From the IMG/VR virus record IMGVR_UViG_3300031857_000265, positions 1 through 52,703 of that record: a stretch of 52,703 bases of DNA; one strand, written 5' to 3'. The translations under genes were made by a program, and so were the position numbers. The notes below the pieces were generated by a model. It was not told the origin of the DNA and made no database searches. It saw only the letters and a program-made list of their open reading frames with translations. Origin of the DNA: a virus. Its lineage: Duplodnaviria > Caudoviricetes. Positions 1 through 7,958 of this stretch are shown piece after piece. Every line of letters begins with the position of its first letter. Position 1 is the stretch's first letter.

Positions 1-1
1 G

Positions 2-109
2 TACGTAGACAGGTGGAACGGACAGAACCTGCACGCCTCCGTCGCACCCCTCGAGGGGGCGGAGGCGAGGAAGGCCGAGGTCACCAAGGCCAAATGGAGG
101 AAGTCGTGA
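2..109 (+). CDS. 3' end of an upstream gene (partial, hypothetical)
   Basis: Frame 2 is open from the window edge (YVDRWNGQNLHASVAPLEGAEARKAEVTKAKWRKS*); its TGA at 107-109 overlaps the GTG at 106 (GTGA coupling). Confidence 0.55.
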   Translation, partial: YVDRWNGQNLHASVAPLEGAEARKAEVTKAKWRKS

Positions 110-3100
110 AGCCCGTCGACCGGCGCGACGACCGCACCGCCCTCACGAGGGAGCAGGCCGTCGCCGCGGCGAGGTCAACGGGCTGCGAGGGGGCGCACGA
201 GGTGGAGGGCGGCTGGATGCCGTGTTCGTCGCCCGAGGAACTCAGGCGTGTTTCCGCCTCAGCGGAGAGCGACTCGTGGCTTGAGTCGTCCGTGTCCGAC
301 AAGGGCGGGGTCTCGCCGTCGGGCAGGAGGCGCAAGAGGCGTGTCCGCCGATGGGAGAACCTGGTGGAGAGGTCCTACGGAATGACGGGCGTACCGGGTC
401 TGGGTGTCGTTTCCGCCCCTCCCGCCAAGCCGACGTCGCCGATGGGCGACTCCTACGCCTCGGGACCGTCCGGGGTCATCACGCTGACGGCCGAGGGCAA
501 GGCGTTCGCGCCTTTCACCCCAGAGGTCGGCGACCCCGACGTGTACACCTCCCCCGACGCGGCGAGGATGCGGGCTAGGCAGGTCGGCTGTACGGGGATC
601 AGGAGGTACACCACGCCGTCGGGAAGGCAGGCGTGGATGCCATGCACCACCGGTGTCACCTTCGACAGGAACATGGGATACGGGGCGTACTCTCGTACGG
701 GGAGCCGCCTCGAGTCGGCGAGGGTCGAGCGGGAGGTGCGCAGGCAACTGAGGGCCGCCGGGTTCAGCGGCAAGAAGTCCGCCAGAAGGCTCGCCGCTAC
801 GCCGGCGAAGCCCTCGGAGAGGATCTCGGGCTCCTCCGTCAACAAGCCCGGCTCGTCCGCCTCGGCGAGGAGCGCATCGGGGATCGTGCTCTCGGCGGAG
901 CAGCAGAAGGCACTCGTCGTCAAGGCGAGGGAGCACAACGCCAAGATGCGCGAGGCGGGCAAGCAGAAGTGGTCGAGGACGTCGTCCGCCACGCTCAAGG
1001 CAGTCATGAGGCGTGGCATGGGGGCGTTCAGCTCGTCCCACCGACCCGACGTCTCCTCCCGCCAGCAGTGGGGAATGGGCAGGGTGAACGCGTTCTTGGT
1101 GATGCTCGAGACGGGCAGGCCGAAGAACCCGAGATACACGACGGACAACGACCTCCTGCCCAAGGGCCACCCCTGGAAAGAACGAACGGCCGGTGGTCAG
1201 TCCACCAAGAAGGAGCCGATCGACGCAGACAGGGACGGGTGGGTCGACGAGGGCAAGCCGACGAGGAGGTTCGTCGGTTTCAGCCTCCTCGGTCGCGCCG
1301 CTAGGTCGGGCGCGGCGAGGGCGAGGACGATGGACGTCGCCGGCTCCGGCGGTTCGAGGCGCGGCAAGAGGACCGTCCGCGTCTCGGCTGGGGGCGGCAT
1401 CGCCGGCAGGGCAAGGGCTAGGAGGTTGTCCAGAGAGATCGAGGGCACGGTGTCGCGCATCTCCGAGGGGAGGACGACGCGCCCCGACTTCAAGCCGAGC
1501 ATCACCGGGAACGTCCCGAAGAGGATCTCGTCCGACAGGCTGAGGAGGCTGAAGCCCCAACGCGTGAACCACAACTCGCTCGTCGCAACGCAGAGGGCCT
1601 ACCCGAAGGCTCCGATGCCCGAGGGCGAACACAGGGTCACCACGCTGAAGGAGCTCGGCACCGCCCCCGGGGGCGGCATCGGCAGCACGTTCGACCACTT
1701 CAAGATCGGCTCCGGGGAGATCCCCGCCGAGAGGAAGGCACTCCACGAGGAGATCATCCAGTCGATCCTGTTCGGCGGCGGCAAGTGGTCGCCGAAGAGG
1801 CAGGAGAAACCCGCCGTGTGGTTCATGGGCGGGGGGCCGGCCTCGGGGAAGACGTTCCTGAGGCAGGGCGGCTTCTTCGACACGCCATCCCGTGGCGAGG
1901 CGGTCCACCTCGACGCAGACGAGATCAAGCAGATGATCCCCGAGTTCGACTCGCTCGTCAAGGAACTCACGGACGCGGGCATGGACCCGACCGCCGCGGC
2001 GTCCGCCGTCCACTCCGAATCCACGTACATCCAGAGGCTTGCCATGGCCAGGGCCGCGGAGCAGGGCTTCCACATCGTCCTGGACAGCACGGGCGACGGT
2101 GGGCCGAAGAGCTTCCACTCCAAGATCGACGTCCTCAAGGCGGCCGGCTACAAGGTAAAGGGCAGGTTCGCAGACGTCTCGCTCGGGAAGGCGCTGTCGG
2201 ACGCGAAGACCAGGCAGAAGGAAACGGGGCGCGGAGTACCCGACGACGTCGTCATCGACACCCACATCGACGTGGCAAGGGCGGTGCTGTACGGACTGCA
2301 GTACGACATCTTCGACGACCTGGAGATAGTCAGCAACGAAAACCACTCGTCCCCAACGACCATGGCCGCGTTCAAGGACGGCGTGCTCGTTGTCCACGAC
2401 CCCAAGAAGTGGTCAGAGTTCATCAGCAAGGCCAAACTCGCCTTCACCAATGACTACGAGAGCGACTACTTCGGTGGGGCGGACAGGGGCGCACGGGGCC
2501 GGTCGCCTCGCTCCAAGCCGAGGAAGACGAGGGTAAGTGGTGTCGACGGGGCGGACATGCTCGTCGCCGAGCCGGTTGAGTCTCTTGCTGACGCCCTCCC
2601 GAAGACGGGCATTGACTACCGCAAGGTGAAGGCAGTACCGGCGGAGAAAAGGGCCGCGATCGCGAAGGCCTACAATGGCCTGCCCGACAGGTCGCCGGAG
2701 GCGAAGGCCGCCTACGACGCCCTCGAGGCCGAGATCAGGGAGCAGTTCCGCATGTTGACCGATGACCTCGGGGTGGAGGTCCAGTTTGTCGACGAGGACC
2801 CGTATGCCGACGCCGTGGAGATGATGGACGACGTGGAGAACAACGGTGTCCTGAAGGTGCTGAAGAGTTCTGCGACCGGTGGCCACCCGTATTGGTCGGA
2901 CGAGACCAACGACATGTTCCGCGCCGTCCACGACGCCTTTGGGCATGCCGCCACGGGGCGCGGCTTTGACAGGCACGGCGAGGAGGCGGCCTACCAGGCC
3001 CACCGCTCCATGGTCAAGGACGCCCTGGCGCGTCTCGCCCTCGCCACGGAGACGAGGGGGCAGAACTCATGGCTCATCGAGAACGGTGAGTTCCCCGAGC

Positions 3101-3561
3101 AGAAGATGGCACTCCTCGACGAGGAACTCGCCAAGCAGGCCGGCGGTCTGCCGCAGATGCCGATGATGGCGGCCGTCCCCGACGTCGACCCCCAGCAAGA
3201 GGCCCAGTACGACGTCCCCGCAACGGCCGACCAAGACAACGCCTTCGAGAGCACGAGGTGCCACCACGTGTCCGGCGGCAGGAGGGTCGCAGCCACCGAT
3301 GCGGAGACCGACAGGTCGTCGCTCTACTCGTCGCTCGGCGAGGACGTCAGACTGTCCCCCGAGTCGAGGCAGAGGCTGTACGAGTTCGCCGCCCGCGGGG
3401 GTCAGACCCTCGAGGGGTCGGGCTTCGACGAATCCAACCCCAAGATCGCCGCGTACTTCAAGAGGGCGAAGAAATCGGTCAAGAAGATCGGCAAGGGCAT
3501 CGTGGCGGACATCCCGACCTCGGCGGTCGAGTCGGTCCCCGACACCATCGGTGCGGGATAG
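106..3561 (+). CDS. Large multi-domain protein (~1151 aa) with a zeta-toxin-like P-loop kinase domain; probably head-associated
   Basis: GGAGG at 96-100 then GTG at 106, a better start than 13. Contains two GCxG...WMPC motifs, a helical LKAVMRRGMGAF..HRP..QQWGMGRVNAF domain, DADRDGWVDEG, Walker A MGGGPASGKT with HLDADEIK, IVLDSTG and RQKETGRGVP (zeta-like), and an NDMFRAVHDAFGH..GEEAAY domain. Lies directly upstream of the capsid gene. Confidence 0.75.
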   Translation: MKPVDRRDDRTALTREQAVAAARSTGCEGAHEVEGGWMPCSSPEELRRVSASAESDSWLESSVSDKGGVSPSGRRRKRRVRRWENLVERSYGMTGVPGLGVVSAPPAKPTSPMGDSYASGPSGVITLTAEGKAFAPFTPEVGDPDVYTSPDAARMRARQVGCTGIRRYTTPSGRQAWMPCTTGVTFDRNMGYGAYSRTGSRLESARVEREVRRQLRAAGFSGKKSARRLAATPAKPSERISGSSVNKPGSSASARSASGIVLSAEQQKALVVKAREHNAKMREAGKQKWSRTSSATLKAVMRRGMGAFSSSHRPDVSSRQQWGMGRVNAFLVMLETGRPKNPRYTTDNDLLPKGHPWKERTAGGQSTKKEPIDADRDGWVDEGKPTRRFVGFSLLGRAARSGAARARTMDVAGSGGSRRGKRTVRVSAGGGIAGRARARRLSREIEGTVSRISEGRTTRPDFKPSITGNVPKRISSDRLRRLKPQRVNHNSLVATQRAYPKAPMPEGEHRVTTLKELGTAPGGGIGSTFDHFKIGSGEIPAERKALHEEIIQSILFGGGKWSPKRQEKPAVWFMGGGPASGKTFLRQGGFFDTPSRGEAVHLDADEIKQMIPEFDSLVKELTDAGMDPTAAASAVHSESTYIQRLAMARAAEQGFHIVLDSTGDGGPKSFHSKIDVLKAAGYKVKGRFADVSLGKALSDAKTRQKETGRGVPDDVVIDTHIDVARAVLYGLQYDIFDDLEIVSNENHSSPTTMAAFKDGVLVVHDPKKWSEFISKAKLAFTNDYESDYFGGADRGARGRSPRSKPRKTRVSGVDGADMLVAEPVESLADALPKTGIDYRKVKAVPAEKRAAIAKAYNGLPDRSPEAKAAYDALEAEIREQFRMLTDDLGVEVQFVDEDPYADAVEMMDDVENNGVLKVLKSSATGGHPYWSDETNDMFRAVHDAFGHAATGRGFDRHGEEAAYQAHRSMVKDALARLALATETRGQNSWLIENGEFPEQKMALLDEELAKQAGGLPQMPMMAAVPDVDPQQEAQYDVPATADQDNAFESTRCHHVSGGRRVAATDAETDRSSLYSSLGEDVRLSPESRQRLYEFAARGGQTLEGSGFDESNPKIAAYFKRAKKSVKKIGKGIVADIPTSAVESVPDTIGAG

Positions 3562-3572
3562 CACCTTTCCAC

Positions 3573-3599
3573 TAGACACGCCACACGTCTTGCTACTCT
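3573..3599 (+). promoter_or_regulatory. Putative capsid-gene promoter (TAGACA ... extended -10 TGCTACTCT)
   Basis: TGn-TAnnnT in the intergenic gap; the -35/-10 spacer is short (15 nt). Confidence 0.45.
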
Positions 3600-3687
3600 T
3601 CGGGGCAGACAAGGAACGGCTGGGTGCTGACCTGAGCCACTGAGTCGGAAAACCGAACGCAAACAAACAAACAGGAGCAAAGCACCC

Positions 3688-5049
3688 ATGTCCAACGACA
3701 AAGCACGAATCAGCGAACTGCAGAACGCGCTTCGCAAGAAGATGGCCGACAACAAGGCCATCGCCGATTCCTTCAAGGTCGAGGAAGGCACCGTCGTGGT
3801 GTCGACCGAGCAGAAGGCGGCCTTCGACGCCAACATGCGCGACATCAAGGAAATCAAGGGCCTGATCGAGGGCCTCGAGTCCATGGGAGAGGTCAGCTCG
3901 TGGTCGAGCGAGCCCGCCGGCGACTCGGTTGGAGCAGCCGCGGCCGCCGGTTCGGCGGCCCGCCCCTCGTACGGCGCCAAGAGCCTCGGACAGCTGTTCA
4001 TCGACTCGCCCGAGTTCAAGTCGCTCAACGGCGGCAAGAACGGCGCGAACATGCCCAGCCCGTTCATCCTCAACTCCGGAGACATCACCGGATCCGGCTG
4101 GGGACAGAAGGACGTGTACAGCGGCTTGCTCGACACGACCGGCCTTTCGTTCACCGGTTTCGGAACCCGTGAGCGCGACCCGCTGGTGATCCCGCCGATG
4201 AGGACCCGTCGCGTCCGCGACCTCTTCCCGGCCCGCACCACCACCGCGGCCGTCATCGAGTACTTCCGCCAGCTGGGCTTCACCACCCCGCCGGTGGATC
4301 CGGCAACCGGCTACCGCGACACCAACGCCGCCGCCCCCGTGGCACAGCGCAGCGGTGGAGCCTTCGCCTCGAAGCCGCAGTCGTCCATGATCTTCGAGGG
4401 TCACCAGGCCCCCGTCCGCACGCTGGCCCACTGGGAAGCCGCGCACCGCAACGTGCTGGCCGACGAGCCCCAGCTGCGCTCGATCATCGACAACGAGCTC
4501 CTCTACGGTCTCCGTCTGCAGGAGGACTACCAGATCCTCCAGGGCGACGGCACCGGCGAGAACCTGCTCGGCGTGCTCGAGACCCCCGGCGTGCAGGAGT
4601 ACGCATGGGCCGATGGAGCCACGACCCCCGTCCCGGACACCAAGGCTGACGCGCTTCGCCGCGCCGCCACCCTGGCGTTCTTGGCCTACTACGAGCCGAC
4701 CGGCGTCGTTCTCCACCCGAACGACTGGGAAGACATCGAGCTGACCAAGAACACGCAGGGCACCTACCTCATGGCCGTGTCCATGCAGGTCGGCTCCGAG
4801 GCGAGGATCTGGCGCATGCCGGTCATCGACACCCCCGCCATCCCCGAGGGCACGGCTCTCGTCGGAGCCTTCGGCACCGGCGCCCAGCTGTACGACCGCG
4901 AGCAGGCGAACATCAGGATCAGCGAGCAGCACGCGGACTTCTTCGTCCGCAACGCCATCGTCATCCTCGCCGAGCAGCGTCTGGCCCTGGCCGTCAAGCG
5001 TCCCGAGGCGTTCGTCAAGGTGGACTTCACCACCGGCGCACCCGACTGA
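3688..5049 (+). CDS. Major capsid protein, HK97 fold
   Basis: 453 aa; N-terminal coiled-coil delta-like region, RRVRDLFP, KPQS, TLAHW, LRSIIDNELLYGLRLQED.QIL.GDG.GENLLG, VVLHPNDW, C-terminal FVRNAIVILAEQRLALAVKRPEAFV; SD AGGAG. Confidence 0.95.
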   Translation: MSNDKARISELQNALRKKMADNKAIADSFKVEEGTVVVSTEQKAAFDANMRDIKEIKGLIEGLESMGEVSSWSSEPAGDSVGAAAAAGSAARPSYGAKSLGQLFIDSPEFKSLNGGKNGANMPSPFILNSGDITGSGWGQKDVYSGLLDTTGLSFTGFGTRERDPLVIPPMRTRRVRDLFPARTTTAAVIEYFRQLGFTTPPVDPATGYRDTNAAAPVAQRSGGAFASKPQSSMIFEGHQAPVRTLAHWEAAHRNVLADEPQLRSIIDNELLYGLRLQEDYQILQGDGTGENLLGVLETPGVQEYAWADGATTPVPDTKADALRRAATLAFLAYYEPTGVVLHPNDWEDIELTKNTQGTYLMAVSMQVGSEARIWRMPVIDTPAIPEGTALVGAFGTGAQLYDREQANIRISEQHADFFVRNAIVILAEQRLALAVKRPEAFVKVDFTTGAPD

Positions 5050-5086
5050 CCCAGACGGAGTGAGTGGGGAGCGATCCCCCGAAGGA

Positions 5087-5114
5087 AAGGCCCCCGGAGA
5101 AATCCGGGGGCCTT
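5087..5114. terminator. Probable bidirectional intrinsic terminator hairpin
   Basis: AAGGCCCCCGGA-GAAA-TCCGGGGGCCTT, a perfect 12-bp stem between convergent genes. Confidence 0.8.
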
Positions 5115-5127
5115 CCTCGTTCTCGGG

Positions 5128-5508
5128 CTACTGCTTCCTGCCGTTCGCTATCGCCATCGTGTCGCCGCAACCGCGGAGCAGCATGACGGCGTCCTCCGTG
5201 GTGTTGGACGGGTCGTCCTCCCACGCGTAGATGTCACCCGTCTCGGAGTCGACGCACTCCCACGCCAACAGAGCGGCGGGGCGTGTCGTCTGCGGGACGT
5301 CCGTGGCTATTGCCTCTGGGTCATCGCTCAACTTCTTCCACGGGACGCCGGACGCGACCATGATCGCCCCGACGACGCTGACCGTCCCCGTTGCCCTGTT
5401 CCTGACCGCCCCTCTGCAGAGACCCCTCGTCGCCACCTCCCGCGCCGCGACCATGAGGATCGCCGACGCACGGGAGGTGTTCAGTTCAGAGAACGGCACT
5501 TCGGTCAC
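5128..5508 (-). CDS. Hypothetical protein (126 aa; resembles small actinophage DUF6197-type proteins)
   Basis: Only the last 126 codons of track ORF 5128..6924 look protein-like (VTEVPFSELN...AAREVATRGLCRG...VSVVGAI...WEDDPSNTTEDAVMLLR); GTG at 5508 overlaps the RNR stop. Confidence 0.7.
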   Translation of the reverse strand: MTEVPFSELNTSRASAILMVAAREVATRGLCRGAVRNRATGTVSVVGAIMVASGVPWKKLSDDPEAIATDVPQTTRPAALLAWECVDSETGDIYAWEDDPSNTTEDAVMLLRGCGDTMAIANGRKQ

Positions 5509-7424
5509 TTGACGGGGCAGGCCCCAGTCGCGCAGTCGTCGAGGTCGATGGACATCAGCCCCGCCTCCTCGGAGAGGGCGACGGAGAAGTCGATCTTGGA
5601 GAAGAGCTTCTCGTACTGCTCCTTGCTGACCTCCTCGTACGGGGGGAGCGGGAAGTTGTGGTCGGCGTGCAGGAGGAAGGAGACGCTCTTGACGCTGTTG
5701 TCGTAGTTCTCCTTGAGCCACTCCTTGATGGCGGGTAGTTCCTCCTTGCGGTAGTAGACGGTGACGGAGACGGCGTTGTCGGCCCAGTCCGTCTGCATCC
5801 GCTTGACCCACTCGAGTTGCTCGACGGCCGTCATGTCGGCGGCGAGGACGGAACCCTCGGGCGACTGGCACGGGAACTCGACGACCCATCTGGTGTGGTC
5901 CTCGCGCCCGTCGAGCCCGACGTCGGGGACGACCTTGTAGCCGCGCTTGCGACACTTGTCCACGAGCGGATCGGCGGCGCCGAACCGCACCCTGCGGATG
6001 TAGTACTTGGCGAAGGCGGGGTGGATGCCGGGGGTGACGCCGGGCAGGAGCGAGAGTGTTCCCGACGGCTGGACCGTGGTCAGCCTCACGGACGGCGTGA
6101 TGCCGGTCTGCTCCGAGAACCACTCGTCGTACTGCCTCAGGGCGTCGTACGCCTCGGGGAGCCACGAGAGTTGCTCGGGGGTGCATTGGAGGACTCCGGT
6201 GACCGACTGCCCGAGCCTGCGGTTCTTGTGGACCATCTTGGTGGTCTTCTCGTACGGGTACTCCATGGAGGTGACCGCCTTCTGCACCTTGTACAGGAGG
6301 CGCGAGATCTCCAGCAGGTCGTCCTTGGAGTTGATGTTCGGGAGGAAGATGGTTGACAGGTTGCAGGACTCGCCGTCGGCGAGGCCGATCTCGGCGCACG
6401 GGTTGAAGCCGTCGATTGTCGGGTCGGGTCGGTTCTCGCCGAGCCTGCCGACCTTCCTGGCCAGACCCCTGTTGATGAGTCCGTACGGCTCCCCCGATCC
6501 GTCGTAGCCGCGCCACAACTCGGAGAGGATGTGGTCGTAGGAGTCGGCGTAGACGCTGTTGTTGCTGTTTGCCCTCCACGCCGGGACGGAGCCGCTGGAC
6601 CAGTTCTTGGCCCTGAGGAACAGGACGTCGTCGGGATCGCCAATGGCGATCTGGGCAGAACGGCGGGACGAGCCGGAGATGACGATCCTGCCGATGATGT
6701 TGCAGATGTCGAGGACGTCGACCGACCTGAGCTTCTTGCCCGCGCGGGCCTCCATGACCTTGCAGATGTCCGTGATCCCGTCGATGAGCGCGCCCGGGCC
6801 GGAGGCGGTGCCGCCGAAGGTCTTGAGGGGTGCGCCGAACTCCCTGACGAGGATCGTCGAGTAGGTGAACGACTTGCCGGTGTAGAAGTACGACTTCAGC
6901 ACGGAGTGGACGAGCTTGCGCCACCCCTGCCTGCTGTCGGGGACGATGATGTCGGCGTCGTTGGTGCGTTCGTGGGCGATGGACACCCCGGTCTTCACCT
7001 TGGGCATCTCGTGGATGCGGGAACGCTCCACGGAGTAGCCCACACCGCCACCGAGCATCAGGTAGTCGAACAGCAGCTCGAAGTCCTCAATCTTCTCCAT
7101 GTTGACGAAGTAGCAGTTGTTGAGGCTGGTCCCGTTGTACTTGTTGACGAGCGGTGTACCGAGTTGCCAGAGTGCGCGCCCGGAGAGCGAACACCTGAGG
7201 TTGAAGATGTGGTCGAAGAGCCTCTCGGCCTCGTCGTCGGTCAGGTTCGCACCGATCTGGATGGCCCCGTTGATACAGCGCTCAATCGTCTCGGGCCAGG
7301 TCTCCTTCCTCCCCTCGACGTCGCGCGCGTACGTGCGCAGGTAGACGATCTCGCCGAGGCCACTGAAGCCCCACGGTGCTTGACGGTTGGTGTAGGAGGA
7401 CACGAAGTCCTTGGAGAGTGCCAT
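5505..7424 (-). CDS. nrdJ: Class II (adenosylcobalamin-dependent) ribonucleotide reductase, monomeric RTPR-like
   Basis: RTYAR..ETWPE, SGRALWQLG, LNNC, GGGVG, RRSAQI, finger-loop NPCAEI, CNL, TTVQPSGTLSLL, C-terminal CATGACPVK; no small subunit nearby. Confidence 0.92.
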   Translation of the reverse strand: MALSKDFVSSYTNRQAPWGFSGLGEIVYLRTYARDVEGRKETWPETIERCINGAIQIGANLTDDEAERLFDHIFNLRCSLSGRALWQLGTPLVNKYNGTSLNNCYFVNMEKIEDFELLFDYLMLGGGVGYSVERSRIHEMPKVKTGVSIAHERTNDADIIVPDSRQGWRKLVHSVLKSYFYTGKSFTYSTILVREFGAPLKTFGGTASGPGALIDGITDICKVMEARAGKKLRSVDVLDICNIIGRIVISGSSRRSAQIAIGDPDDVLFLRAKNWSSGSVPAWRANSNNSVYADSYDHILSELWRGYDGSGEPYGLINRGLARKVGRLGENRPDPTIDGFNPCAEIGLADGESCNLSTIFLPNINSKDDLLEISRLLYKVQKAVTSMEYPYEKTTKMVHKNRRLGQSVTGVLQCTPEQLSWLPEAYDALRQYDEWFSEQTGITPSVRLTTVQPSGTLSLLPGVTPGIHPAFAKYYIRRVRFGAADPLVDKCRKRGYKVVPDVGLDGREDHTRWVVEFPCQSPEGSVLAADMTAVEQLEWVKRMQTDWADNAVSVTVYYRKEELPAIKEWLKENYDNSVKSVSFLLHADHNFPLPPYEEVSKEQYEKLFSKIDFSVALSEEAGLMSIDLDDCATGACPVK

Positions 7425-7470
7425 TGGCCTGCCATCCCTTGCTGTGTTGATTGTTGGTTTGCTTGTTTCG

Positions 7471-7794
7471 TCAGATAATGCCGAGTTCCTCGGCCTTGCT
7501 CTTCGGCATGTATGCCCCCGCCTTGGCGACGAGGACGCGGGTCTTCGTCATGGAGGAAAGGGCCACCTCCCGGTAGACGTCCCTCTCGACGCGGACCATC
7601 TGCTCCTCCGCGGTCTTCTCCGCCAAGGGGGCAAACTGTACACGGATGCTGGGCGGTGGAGGGGCGTCGGGTGAATGGCTCACGCAGTCGCCCGTCGGGT
7701 GGCCGCAGATGATGCACGGCTGCCTGTCGGCCCTCAGTATCGAGACGCCGTCAAGGATCGTTTCCGATGATCCGGAGCCGCTGGAGGAGAACAT
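7471..7794 (-). CDS. Hypothetical protein with CxxC-H-C motif
   Basis: CIICGHPTGDC; ATG at 7794 lies 7 nt below a TAAGTT -10 box, so it is preferred over the track start at 7887. Confidence 0.65.
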   Translation of the reverse strand: MFSSSGSGSSETILDGVSILRADRQPCIICGHPTGDCVSHSPDAPPPPSIRVQFAPLAEKTAEEQMVRVERDVYREVALSSMTKTRVLVAKAGAYMPKSKAEELGII

Positions 7795-7892
7795 GACACC
7801 GAACTTACCGCGGTCGCTCGCGCCATCGGAAACCGAAAAGTGGTAGTGTTCGCGACCGCTTTCGCGGCGGTGAATCATTGACGCCAAACGGC

Positions 7893-7920
7893 TTGCGAAC
7901 CTCCGCCCGGGTGCTATTGT
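7893..7920 (+). promoter_or_regulatory. Putative promoter of the methyltransferase operon
   Basis: TTGCGA-16 nt-TATTGT with TGn extension; SD GAGGT before ATG 7959. Confidence 0.55.
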
Positions 7921-7958
7921 CGGGGGGAGCAGTACCTACCTAACCACTGAGAGGTGAC

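Noticed and set aside
13-105. Track start at 13 for the 1182-aa ORF
   Set aside because: This region is better explained by the upstream gene in frame 2; GTG 106 has an SD and a GTGA overlap.
259-4932. Long antisense ORFs (259..2397, 3067..4932)
   Set aside because: Shadow ORFs of GC-rich sense genes; no motifs and biased composition.
5509-6924. N-terminal ~470 aa of track ORF 5128..6924
   Set aside because: Arg-rich off-frame read of nrdJ; only 5128..5508 is credible.
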